A stretch of 64,000 bases of DNA from positions 10,740 through 74,739 of the forward strand of contig JAAXWF010000004.1 of the NCBI GenBank assembly GCA_013335095.1, given 5' to 3'. Positions 8,193-16,872 of the stretch are shown piece after piece. A model generated the notes under the pieces. It was not told where the DNA came from. It worked only from the letters and a program-made list of their open reading frames with translations, and did no database searches. Each line of letters opens with the position of its first letter. Position 1 is the first letter of the stretch. A program made the translations under genes and the position numbers. The stretch is from a candidate division WWE3 bacterium (GTDB lineage Bacteria > Patescibacteriota > 4484-211 > GCA-002791395).

Positions 8193-9836
8193 TCAGAGGT
8201 AACGTCGTTGGTACGACTCGCTTGCTCGGATACTTTTATATCTGTCATTTTCTAAATCACCTCCCTTCTTTTTTTGCTCATACGGTTTAAAGAACAGTTC
8301 CATTTCAATAATTGAATACAGATATTTACATAAACGAGTTTGGTTACGGTATTTTAGTCCATTCTCTTTGCAATCAGACTTAATAACTTCGGGCAAAATT
8401 AAACCGTACTGTGCCAATACTGAACGTTCTATTAAATCTTGAAGATAGTGTTGGGCGTACCATTGCATACCTTGTTCAAATATTTGTGTAAAAAATTCTT
8501 GCGTTTGTAAGTGAATATACGAATCAGGAAAATTATGATGTTTTTGATATTCATGAAGTAGTCTTTTTTTATCTCGCAGTGATTCAGGCAAACTTCGAGT
8601 AAATTCAACTAACGGAGCATATCCAAACGGCGCAATTGGCCAAATCTTTTGTGAATGGAAAATAGGATTATAGACTCGCTGAGCAGACCGCAAAGAATGA
8701 GGAATCAGCGGTAACGGATACCCCTTTTCGAGTAGAGGCGAATTGATATATTTTTCAATGAGTTCATCTGAGTAAAATATTGGCTTACGATCGTTTGTTC
8801 GTTCTGACTTTACCGAATCGCCCTGAAATCCGACACGCTCATAGTCATCGATTCGAAATAATTCATCGCCTCCAAAGCCAGTAAATAACACACTTACTCC
8901 ACGATCCCGACATTTTTTTGCAAGCCCATTTGTTGGTTCCTGATAGATTTCTAAATAAGGGTTTAGCAGAGATTCGGTATATGGCGAGGGACGTTGGGTC
9001 ATAAACGGATGATGTGCAATATGGGTTAAATTAAATGTTCCCCCAAATTGCTCAACAAAATCTTGTAACCGGTTTATTTGAGAGTCATATTGTGGTGGTG
9101 GCTGAATTAATGAGAATAAGTCGACTTTTTTATTCTGTTTTAGTAATAACCGATGCGCCACGGTTGAGCTGTCCATTCCCCCACTTAGTCCCGCACCGAT
9201 AGTTAATGGATTGGAGATGTGTGGTAAAAATCGTTGTAACGATTCATCTAAAAGTTGAGTAAATGTTGCCAGAAAATCGTTATGATTCGTTGTCTGTTTA
9301 GGTTGATCGATTTGTTGAGGAATGTATTTTTTACGCACAGTACCATTGCGAACTTCTAATGTAGCGTTTTCGTTTAGTGTGTATATGTTTTCTAGGATGG
9401 TTTCATCTGAGATGTGGCTCGTCCACATGAGGTGTTCAATTATCATGGGTATGTTTGGTTCGGGGAGTTCTTGGATAGGAATGCAGTTTATGAGAGCCAG
9501 GAAGTTATTCGATGCATACAATGTTGTGGGTGTATCGTAATAGTAGAGCATCATTGCTCCGGTAGGATCAGGGTTTATAACACATGTGTCTTCTTGAATC
9601 TCTACCTGTAGTGAATTGAATTTGTTCCCATAACAATAGCCGCAGGTGATGTATGTTTTATCATCGGTTACAACGTTGGTCGATGGATATTCAAAATGCT
9701 CAAAACGAATATTGCTATGTGTAGACTTTAGTATTGTTTCTGTCGGCGTATTAAAAATAGTCCAAGAGAGGATGTTAGAAAGATCATCTTTCTGGAGTTG
9801 AACAAGCACCTGGGAATCATCAACCAGACACTGCAT
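8193..9836 (-). CDS. asparagine synthetase B-family protein lacking the N-terminal Cys (lasso-peptide-cyclase-like)
   Basis: PP-loop LSGGMDSS and FTGFGGDELF motifs of the AsnB synthetase domain. The N-terminus MQCL... has no Cys2 glutaminase nucleophile. Length is 547 aa. Confidence 0.75.
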   Translation of the reverse strand: MQCLVDDSQVLVQLQKDDLSNILSWTIFNTPTETILKSTHSNIRFEHFEYPSTNVVTDDKTYITCGYCYGNKFNSLQVEIQEDTCVINPDPTGAMMLYYYDTPTTLYASNNFLALINCIPIQELPEPNIPMIIEHLMWTSHISDETILENIYTLNENATLEVRNGTVRKKYIPQQIDQPKQTTNHNDFLATFTQLLDESLQRFLPHISNPLTIGAGLSGGMDSSTVAHRLLLKQNKKVDLFSLIQPPPQYDSQINRLQDFVEQFGGTFNLTHIAHHPFMTQRPSPYTESLLNPYLEIYQEPTNGLAKKCRDRGVSVLFTGFGGDELFRIDDYERVGFQGDSVKSERTNDRKPIFYSDELIEKYINSPLLEKGYPLPLIPHSLRSAQRVYNPIFHSQKIWPIAPFGYAPLVEFTRSLPESLRDKKRLLHEYQKHHNFPDSYIHLQTQEFFTQIFEQGMQWYAQHYLQDLIERSVLAQYGLILPEVIKSDCKENGLKYRNQTRLCKYLYSIIEMELFFKPYEQKKKGGDLENDRYKSIRASESYQRRYL

Positions 9837-9852
9837 ATACGAATAAATATAC
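9735..9852. repeat. direct repeat copy 1 (5' ~100 nt of the cyclase gene + ~16 nt upstream)
   Basis: The 103-bp core is ~96% identical to 11345-11447. Confidence 0.8.
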
Positions 9853-10080
9853 CTTATTGTTAAAAAGAGTCAAAGAAGATTCAGTGGTTGGGTTCATTGA
9901 TTTACGTATAGATTGCAATACAGCAGAATATACTCGTGTTACGTAATACGCATCTATCATATTTTAAATACTTCATCTGGATAAAGAGTTTGTTTCATTT
10001 TGCAAAGACGAACATCCACACGTAGTATTTCCTTAGATATTTCGCAATGCGGGAGCTCACACTCGTGCATAACACCAAGC

Positions 10081-10111
10081 TTGACATACGGTGCAATCGA
10101 GGAGATATAAT
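10081..10111 (+). promoter_or_regulatory. sigma70-type promoter (consensus -35 TTGACA / -10 TATAAT, 19-nt spacer)
   Basis: TTGACA at 10081-10086 and TATAAT at 10106-10111, oriented toward the peptidase gene. Confidence 0.5.
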
Positions 10112-10159
10112 ACTTTGACTTTCTGCAAGAATGGATGCTCCACGAAGGAGGTGTTTGCC

Positions 10160-10222
10160 TTGGGGAAGAAGTCGAGACCCGGTTCTGGTAAGGGCAGTGG
10201 TAAGAAGGGCGGTCGGAAGTAG
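10160..10222 (+). CDS. putative leader sORF (TTG start, 20 aa, LGKKSRPGSGKGSGKKGGRK)
   Basis: Strong SD AAGGAGG at 10145-10151, 8 nt upstream of the TTG. The segment is GC-rich. An alternative reading makes this an N-terminal extension of the downstream ORF in another frame (ORF track 10131-11249). Confidence 0.3.
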   Translation: MGKKSRPGSGKGSGKKGGRK

Positions 10223-10239
10223 CCCTGAACGCGAAACCG

Positions 10240-10277
10240 CTGGAGATACCTATTGCAGGTATCTCCAGCTTTTAATT
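10240..10277 (+). terminator. intrinsic terminator / attenuator hairpin immediately upstream of start codon
   Basis: 12-bp perfect stem ctggagatacct / aggtatctccag with loop attgc, followed by cttttaatt and then ATG at 10278. Confidence 0.5.
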
Positions 10278-11249
10278 ATGACTCAAAAGACTCTTACACG
10301 TCGTAAAAATATATTTCTTTCACTTACAACCGAAGCATTCCCTGATGATTTAATCGAAGAATTGCAATCTACGTATACGTCTCTTCAGACAAAACAAAAA
10401 AACTTAATATTATATAAACAGAACATTGCTCGGATGCACGTAGCATTTTCCAATTTAGTACATGCTCGTAATCAATACGCGAGGGAAAATGGATTCGATA
10501 ATTATTTTCTTTATAAACTCGAAGAATACGGCGTTCCTCCCTCTTTGTTCAAAAAGTGGACGTTAGATTTCGGTCAAAAACGTGCTGAGCATGTTCAAAA
10601 ACTATTAACTCCATATATTCCAGATCAACTACCGATTGGGTTTTGGACTGAATATAATATCCCCGATATAAGTAGATTATATGAAGACATAACGATTCCA
10701 TCTCGAGAAGCTATTTATGAGCAGCTCATTCAAAATGATAACGAATATAGCCGCTACACCTCTCGGATTATCCATAAAGAACATGATAGTTTCATTCCGA
10801 TTGCAGAGTACGATTTACGAAGCAAAAAAGCCATAATCACGATGAAGTCATCCCACCAATTAGAGCACGCGGTACTTTACGCCCATGAACTAGGTCATGC
10901 GGTCACATTTTTAAAACTCATGGACAAACAAGATGATATAGAAAAGCAAAAAGATTACTGGCATGAACAACAGGCATTCGCGATGGAAAGTAGATTTGTA
11001 AACTCTTTACCGCCAAAGGAGCGGCAGCTCGCACAAGAAAAAAGCCTTTACTATCACTTACGCGCCTGGTTCGAATATGCCATATACTCAGATACCTCAC
11101 AAGATTTATCAGATTTATATGCTAAAGCACACCAAACATATTATTGGGGGCAGCAGACCCACAATCCTTTTTACGTACTCGATCCTATGTTTATTACATT
11201 CCCGTGCTACAGCATTATTTATGCGGTTCTGGATCTGCAAGAAGAGTAA
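10278..11249 (+). CDS. zinc metallopeptidase (HExxH...E gluzincin)
   Basis: AHELGHAV followed ~25 aa later by HEQQAFAMES. The ORF track extends to 10131 through a GC-rich Arg-rich region judged to be leader rather than coding. Confidence 0.6.
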   Translation: MTQKTLTRRKNIFLSLTTEAFPDDLIEELQSTYTSLQTKQKNLILYKQNIARMHVAFSNLVHARNQYARENGFDNYFLYKLEEYGVPPSLFKKWTLDFGQKRAEHVQKLLTPYIPDQLPIGFWTEYNIPDISRLYEDITIPSREAIYEQLIQNDNEYSRYTSRIIHKEHDSFIPIAEYDLRSKKAIITMKSSHQLEHAVLYAHELGHAVTFLKLMDKQDDIEKQKDYWHEQQAFAMESRFVNSLPPKERQLAQEKSLYYHLRAWFEYAIYSDTSQDLSDLYAKAHQTYYWGQQTHNPFYVLDPMFITFPCYSIIYAVLDLQEE

Positions 11250-11305
11250 ATCAACAATGTATTCTAAATGGAAATCCGGTACACACTGCCCCCAAAAATT
11301 CACCA

Positions 11306-11446
11306 CTACAGGTAAACGTTGAACTGAGAGTGCCGGCATTGTGCTGTTTCTGTCGGCGTATTTACAATAGTCCAAGAGAGGATGTTAGAAAGATCATCTT
11401 TCCAGAGTTGAACAAGCACCTGGGAATCATCAACCAGACACTGCAT
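11306..11446 (-). pseudogene. 46-aa chimeric ORF: duplicated N-terminal 34 codons of the cyclase fused to 12 unrelated codons
   Basis: Translation is MQCLVDDSQVLVQLWKDDLSNILSWTIVNTPTETAQCRHSQFNVYL. The first 34 aa match the 8193-9836 product at 32 of 34 positions. Confidence 0.45.
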
Positions 11447-11460
11447 ACAATTAAATATAC
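11345..11460. repeat. direct repeat copy 2
   Basis: Matches 9735-9852. With copy 1 it flanks the promoter-leader-peptidase segment. Confidence 0.8.
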
Positions 11461-11551
11461 GCAGTTATTTATTCATGTCAATTAATAATAATTCATAGGA
11501 TAAGGAAACCTGGCACAAACTACCATTCGTATAAAGAGGAATTTTGAACTA

Positions 11552-12040
11552 TTATTTTTCCAATATCTTTTTGAGTTGATCGATTACGGCTTTTTCCCAA
11601 AATTTCATTGAATACCACCGAATTAATGGCACTGCAATAATTTTTAACAACTTTTTATGGATAGTGACCTGGTAGGTATAGTCAACCAACGTACCATCAT
11701 CGTGTTTAGTTAATAGCAATTCTTCATGGCCCGAGGTCCCGAACTGATAACTATCATTATCAGAAATAAACCCCTTACCCGGAAGTATTTGGGTGTTCAT
11801 CTTCACCTTGAAGTCTTTACCAAAAGAGCTCACGGTTGCTTCCATTTCGACATAATCACCCTCTCGTTTATTGATTTGAATAGCTTGTGCGACCTTTGGG
11901 AAATGCACCGGAAATTTTTCAAAATCGGTCATAATACTAAACACATCGTCTAGTGGTGCTTTAATGACCCATTGATTGTGAAGCGTAATCTCGTTAATAG
12001 ATAAAATAGTACAAAATAATCCGCAAAATAACAAACCCAA
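11552..12040 (-). CDS. hypothetical protein, N-terminal hydrophobic segment + SRPBCC/Bet v1-like fold (tentative)
   Basis: 162 aa. Pattern ...VIKAPLDDVFSIMTDFEKFPVHFP... is typical of polyketide-cyclase/START-like proteins. Confidence 0.4.
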   Translation of the reverse strand: MGLLFCGLFCTILSINEITLHNQWVIKAPLDDVFSIMTDFEKFPVHFPKVAQAIQINKREGDYVEMEATVSSFGKDFKVKMNTQILPGKGFISDNDSYQFGTSGHEELLLTKHDDGTLVDYTYQVTIHKKLLKIIAVPLIRWYSMKFWEKAVIDQLKKILEK

Positions 12041-12224
12041 CCCATAATCTATTAAAAAACGATTCTTCTTGAATAGGAAAAATAAAAGGAAACTGAGAAA
12101 TGTTGGCTGAGCAATAGGGTTTAGACCTTTCGGAATCTTTGGATATTCCCCAAGATCAAAACGAGAATTAGTTAGTGAACTTTTTATCAGACGTACATTT
12201 GCAAGAATACTTGAGTATTGATCA

Positions 12225-12644
12225 ATGTACTTTGCGAAGTATATCTCACAACGATATAATTCTCACATAATCCTATATATGAATATGGAGTATCCAAAAT
12301 TTGAATTTTATAAAATAACAATTGTAAGTCCTTCTGATAAAGTTCTGTCCAAGTCAAATAAAAAATTTGATTCAGGAGAAAATTTTACTGTTGAAGAGTC
12401 TATATGGTTTTGGAGGCCAACTCACGATATTGAAGTATTGAATTTCGCTGGGGAAAATGGCTGGGAAATACGGGCCGTTACGAGTAAGGAAACGAATGAA
12501 GGTATCGAAGATACTTACTTTCTTCAAAGAAACAATATGCATCCAAATTTTGGGAAACTAACGTTCAATGAAGAGTATCACGAGAGTGCGCTTTATAAAG
12601 AGCATGAAAGGCTAAGAGCTGAATTGAGAAATAGAAAGAAGTAG
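12225..12644 (+). CDS. hypothetical protein
   Basis: 139-aa ORF. An alternative start is MEYPKF at 12285. Confidence 0.35.
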   Translation: MYFAKYISQRYNSHIILYMNMEYPKFEFYKITIVSPSDKVLSKSNKKFDSGENFTVEESIWFWRPTHDIEVLNFAGENGWEIRAVTSKETNEGIEDTYFLQRNNMHPNFGKLTFNEEYHESALYKEHERLRAELRNRKK

Positions 12645-12911
12645 TCTAGTCGGCCTCGACCGTTATATATTCACTGGTTCCTAATCCGTACACATACCTT
12701 TTGAATAAATTATTAGTATCTCTAATCTTAGAACCTAAATTGGTGATATCAAAGACTTAATTTATTTTGTAAAATTTGACATCAAACCGTGAAAGGGTAA
12801 AACCAGTGGTCTCATTAGTGTATTTGATCGGTTCGCATGCTGGTCTGGCTGCGCACTGTTGACGAAGTTCGTAATTATTTTCGAGAAAAACTATTGCTTC
12901 ATAATCCCACT

Positions 12912-13739
12912 CTAATTCTTAAAACGCCATAGCTCATGCGGCTTATTTAAAGCAGCACATAATACAGGGTAGGCCGTATCAGTGGTGACTATGGTTTGAC
13001 CTATTGGTGCATCAATCGCAATAACTGCATCTGCAATACCACGACTAGGATTATGTCGGTCCGCTTTATCAAGGTTATTAAATATTTCTTCAATACTTTC
13101 TTTAATTCTAGGTAGCTGTTGGTTTTGTTTAAGGGTTTTAGGGTTTTTATTTAAAAACTCAATAATTGCATTAAAATGAGGTTTGTGTTGTTGAAAGAAA
13201 TCTTTCAGGTTTACAAATGTGTTGTCTTTACATATATTTTCGTACTCTTTAAAATCTGTTATGCCTTTCAGGTTGTATTTAACAACTTCATTTTGGCTAA
13301 AGTTACCCACTAATTTCTTCACATCCCCCATAAATGCTACAAGTGCCCACTCGATAATGACTTCAACATCTGCTAGTGCATTTTCATAATCTGTGGAAAT
13401 TGAGCCGTGAACCTTTGTCCATAAGGATGTCAGAATGTTAGTGTAATTTTGTATCCTTCCATGTTTATTAGATAAGAGGCCAAAGGCTCTAGAAACATCG
13501 CGTTCTATCCGTAAAAGAGAATGAAACTTAATTAATGAACCAATAAACCCTGTCTTATATTCGTATAAAACGTAGTGAGAAGAATAAAGCTCACCCTGAT
13601 CTTTCAATCGTGCAATTTCATCCTGGACGTTCTTATCCCATAATTTACGAATCTGTATAGTATTTTCAAGTAAAAATTGAGACTTGTGTTTAACCTCTAT
13701 TTTGGTATTTTTCTTTCTTTTGAATTTATTCATGCGCAA
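12912..13739 (-). CDS. hypothetical protein (C-terminal PIN-like motif, weak)
   Basis: 275 aa. The C-terminus GIADAVIAIDAPIGQTIVTTDTAYPVL resembles the D...(T/S)xD end of PIN nucleases. No N-terminal PIN motifs were seen. Confidence 0.5.
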   Translation of the reverse strand: MRMNKFKRKKNTKIEVKHKSQFLLENTIQIRKLWDKNVQDEIARLKDQGELYSSHYVLYEYKTGFIGSLIKFHSLLRIERDVSRAFGLLSNKHGRIQNYTNILTSLWTKVHGSISTDYENALADVEVIIEWALVAFMGDVKKLVGNFSQNEVVKYNLKGITDFKEYENICKDNTFVNLKDFFQQHKPHFNAIIEFLNKNPKTLKQNQQLPRIKESIEEIFNNLDKADRHNPSRGIADAVIAIDAPIGQTIVTTDTAYPVLCAALNKPHELWRFKN

Positions 13740-13748
13740 TCTGAAAGT

Positions 13749-14366
13749 TTATGTCTTCAGGGGGGAGATACCAATTGAGTAAATCGTATTGTAAAAATTG
13801 TCCAACCGATCAGAATTTATATACTTTCCATCCAATGACTCCAGCGACCATCTAAGCTTTACGAGCTTCTCTTGTGTCAGTTCTGCCCAGTTGTAATTTT
13901 TAAAAATCAATCTCAACGCCGATATAAATTTGAAATAGTCCCTATTTGATTTAAAAACAGCGGCATCTTTTTCAATTAAATCTCTAATATTTGCTATATT
14001 TGTAAGGGCATCCTCTACGGGTTTGTCTTCCCATTGGAGTAATTCATCCACTATGCTTCGCAGCATTATATCTGCTGTATATTGAATAAAAGTATTAGTG
14101 TAAGAGGCTTCGGGTATGTATTGATCATAGATTGGCGTTTTAACATGCTGTTGATCCGTCGAATAAACATTTCCTTCTTCGGAACTAACTTTTAGACTCA
14201 CTTGATCAATTGTTTTTAAACTACTAGACCTATCCCCATATTTTTTGGTATAACCCTCCCCAATCTTTAATCCAGTTGTAAAGTCGTCCTCAATACTTCC
14301 TGTCAGTTCCTGGATCACTGCAATGTTTTGTGCAATATCTTTAGTGTAGTTATCTACAGTTAACAT
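13749..14366 (-). CDS. hypothetical protein
   Basis: 205 aa, 9-nt gap to the downstream gene, no recognisable motifs. Confidence 0.5.
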   Translation of the reverse strand: MLTVDNYTKDIAQNIAVIQELTGSIEDDFTTGLKIGEGYTKKYGDRSSSLKTIDQVSLKVSSEEGNVYSTDQQHVKTPIYDQYIPEASYTNTFIQYTADIMLRSIVDELLQWEDKPVEDALTNIANIRDLIEKDAAVFKSNRDYFKFISALRLIFKNYNWAELTQEKLVKLRWSLESLDGKYINSDRLDNFYNTIYSIGISPLKT

Positions 14367-15071
14367 TTATTTACCGGTATTTAAGTATTCGAAATATGAA
14401 TTTAATGTTGATTCAGCAATTTTAGCGCTTTCCTGAAGTTTTTCTATCGTGTTATTTGGTTCTATATCTTTTGTTAGACCAATATCTAAATCAATAAATA
14501 AATTAGCGTCTTTTACTGCCCCATCCTCAACATCAAAGTTAGGCTTAAAGTACCGCTCTAATTCTGTGTGTCTTAAGGGACCTATTTGCAAATGTTTTTT
14601 ATACTCGCCTTCTCGTTGATCTAGAACAAACGCTAAATCAGTTACTCCTGCTGTAATTGATACAAGTTTTTCGTTTTGTGAATACAAAGAATCTTGGAGA
14701 ATAGAGACTAATTCTTCAAATTTAAAATTGCTTGCATAAACGGATACAATTCGTGTCCCTAGTCGTCGTATTTCCTTTGGCGGTGATATAGTTACTATAT
14801 GTTCCCAAATATCGTTACAATCCTTCTGGGCTGATTCGATTTGATAATCTCCTTCTGAAATTGAACTAATCATGCCAGCAGTAATGTTAAAAATTGTTTT
14901 ATCTGAGGGCGTATAAAGAACTATATCCCCATGCGTATTTGTTTGCCACTCACCATAACGGTTTTCTAATACAGATCCGATTCCTGCCCTTTCACCAAAA
15001 ATTTCCAGTGTAGGACGGTAATTTATCTGCAATACTCTTTTTTGTAGTTTTAGCTCAAATTTTGCTTTCAT
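14367..15071 (-). CDS. hypothetical protein (first gene of 3-gene operon)
   Basis: 234 aa. Its stop codon directly abuts the ATG of the next gene. Confidence 0.5.
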   Translation of the reverse strand: MKAKFELKLQKRVLQINYRPTLEIFGERAGIGSVLENRYGEWQTNTHGDIVLYTPSDKTIFNITAGMISSISEGDYQIESAQKDCNDIWEHIVTISPPKEIRRLGTRIVSVYASNFKFEELVSILQDSLYSQNEKLVSITAGVTDLAFVLDQREGEYKKHLQIGPLRHTELERYFKPNFDVEDGAVKDANLFIDLDIGLTKDIEPNNTIEKLQESAKIAESTLNSYFEYLNTGK

Positions 15072-15192
15072 AAAAGGCTATTGCGAATTATAACACTTTT
15101 GGTGAATATTTCTAATTGAAAACGGTTAGAAAACATTAATAATATCTATCTTAACAAATTTGTTGATATTCGGTAAGAGAATAAGAAAACCT

Positions 15193-15405
15193 TTATCTAA
15201 GCTCTGAAAGATTAATACGAAGACCCTTTTTAAGCAAACAGCCGTTGACGGAGTGTATAAAGTTCTCGAATTCAGCATCAGGTTGTTCCGGCCCAACTTC
15301 CTTCATGTTTTCGAGTTTTATAACTCGACTTGCCAGCTGTTTTATTCTTGCAGCAGTAAAACTGCAGGTATTTGAGATACTATCCCAAGCGAGATTATCA
15401 CGCAA
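15193..15405 (-). CDS. small hypothetical ORF
   Basis: 70-aa ORF between the tRNA and the operon, with no supporting signals. Confidence 0.2.
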   Translation of the reverse strand: MRDNLAWDSISNTCSFTAARIKQLASRVIKLENMKEVGPEQPDAEFENFIHSVNGCLLKKGLRINLSELR

Positions 15406-15624
15406 CGATAATTAGAGTTAAACAGGTTTCGTCATTCACGAATACAACAGCTGGATATTTTAAGACTTGGATTTCGTTTAGCGGAATGATGTACAAAGTG
15501 TTAATTATCGATGTATTCCGAAATGTAAAAAAAACGAATTAAAAGAAGTCCGATAAATTGCAACGTGGTACTAAGCTTGAATAGGTTATCATTGAGAGTA
15601 TTCTTTTGAATGATATGTACTTGA

Positions 15625-15698
15625 TGGCTGCCGGGCAGGGACTCGAACCCCAATACTACGGACCAAAACCGCATGTCCTACCATTAGACGACCCGGCA
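15625..15698 (-). tRNA. tRNA-Gln (anticodon UUG), CCA encoded
   Basis: Reverse complement of 15625-15698 folds as a cloverleaf. Acceptor TGCCGGG/CCCGGCA has U1:A72, the T-loop is TTCGAGT, the anticodon loop is TTTTGGT and the 3' end is GCCA. Confidence 0.85.
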
Positions 15699-15828
15699 AC
15701 GTAAGGGTAATCTGCGTCCCCTATTGTACCATCTCAAGCCAACTGAAAACACCCCTCTATCGCCCCAAACCCCACCAAACCATAAATACAATCTTGCCAA
15801 AAAAACACAAACAGACTATCGTATACGC

Positions 15829-16854
15829 ATGACGTACCTCATAACCGGAGGCTGTGGATTCATTGGCACCAACTTTGCTGAACAACTCTTAAAACGCGGT
15901 GAAAAAGTCATCCTCACCGACAACCTATCCCGACGAGGAACCCCGTCAAACCTAACCTACTTACAAGAAAAATACCCACTCGTAGAATTTGTCCATGCCG
16001 ACCTTCGCAACGACCTTGAAACTCTCCAACAACTCGTCGAAAAAGTCGACGTCGTATACCACCTTGCCGGACAAGTCGCCGTCACCACATCAGTAGTCAA
16101 ACCTCGTGAAGACTTTGAAATCAACATCTTGGGAACCTTCAACATCCTCGAAGCCATTCGAGAATCAGAAAAACGACCAATGATCATCTACTCATCAACC
16201 AACAAAGTCTATGGCGGCATGGAAGACATCATCGTCGAAGAAACTGAAAACCGCTACCAGTACAAAGACCTACCCCTTGGAATACCCGAAAACAGACTAC
16301 TCGACTTCCACTCGCCCTACGGATGCTCCAAAGGTGCAGCCGATCAATACATACGCGACTACAGCCGAATCTACAACATCAAATCAGTTGTCATGCGACA
16401 ATCCTGCATATATGGAGAACGCCAATTTGGAATCGAAGACCAGGGATGGGTTGCATGGTTCACCATCGCCAGCGTACTCGGCAAATCCATCACAATCTAT
16501 GGAAACGGCAAACAAGTACGTGACGTGCTGCATGTCGAAGACTTATTCAATGCCTGGGATATCGCCACAAAAAATATCGATACTGTATCCGGTACTATTT
16601 ATAACGTCGGCGGTGGTCCAGAGCACACCATGTCTTTATTAGAACTCATTGACTACATCGAAAACCTCATTGGGCATAAACTCACCTACACCTTTAGCGA
16701 CTGGAGACCAGGAGATCAGCCGGTATACGTATCAGACATCACCAAAGCCGAAACCGAACTAAACTGGAAACCCAAGATCACTCCACGCCAAGGTGTTGAA
16801 CAACTGTATTACTGGGTAACTGAAAATAAACACTTATTTGATTTTCTCAAGTAA
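15829..16854 (+). CDS. NAD-dependent epimerase/dehydratase (SDR, nucleotide-sugar epimerase-like)
   Basis: ITGGCGFIGTNF Rossmann motif, YxxxK (YGCSKGAADQY) and STNKVYG. Start chosen at MTYLITGG. Confidence 0.8.
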   Translation: MTYLITGGCGFIGTNFAEQLLKRGEKVILTDNLSRRGTPSNLTYLQEKYPLVEFVHADLRNDLETLQQLVEKVDVVYHLAGQVAVTTSVVKPREDFEINILGTFNILEAIRESEKRPMIIYSSTNKVYGGMEDIIVEETENRYQYKDLPLGIPENRLLDFHSPYGCSKGAADQYIRDYSRIYNIKSVVMRQSCIYGERQFGIEDQGWVAWFTIASVLGKSITIYGNGKQVRDVLHVEDLFNAWDIATKNIDTVSGTIYNVGGGPEHTMSLLELIDYIENLIGHKLTYTFSDWRPGDQPVYVSDITKAETELNWKPKITPRQGVEQLYYWVTENKHLFDFLK

Positions 16855-16872
16855 GTTGATAAGATAAAAGTA

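Noticed and set aside
10131-10277. ORF-track start at 10131 giving an Arg-rich N-terminal extension to the metallopeptidase
   Set aside because: The extension is compositionally GC-rich, low-complexity (RRRCLPWGRSRDP...) and runs through a strong terminator hairpin. A leader region with a separate sORF is more parsimonious. It is kept as a finding rather than as a CDS.
11306-11446. Possibility that the 46-aa chimeric ORF is a lasso-peptide precursor
   Set aside because: The putative core has no Asp/Glu at positions 7-9 and no Gly/Ala/Ser/Cys start after a Thr at position -2. It is explained more simply as a duplication remnant of the cyclase N-terminus.
12645-15720. Genomic island integrated at tRNA-Gln
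   Set aside because: No integrase was found. No direct repeat of the tRNA 3' end (ggttcgagtccc...) occurs within 15 kb. The region is as AT-rich as the host. This is noted only as a candidate accessory operon.
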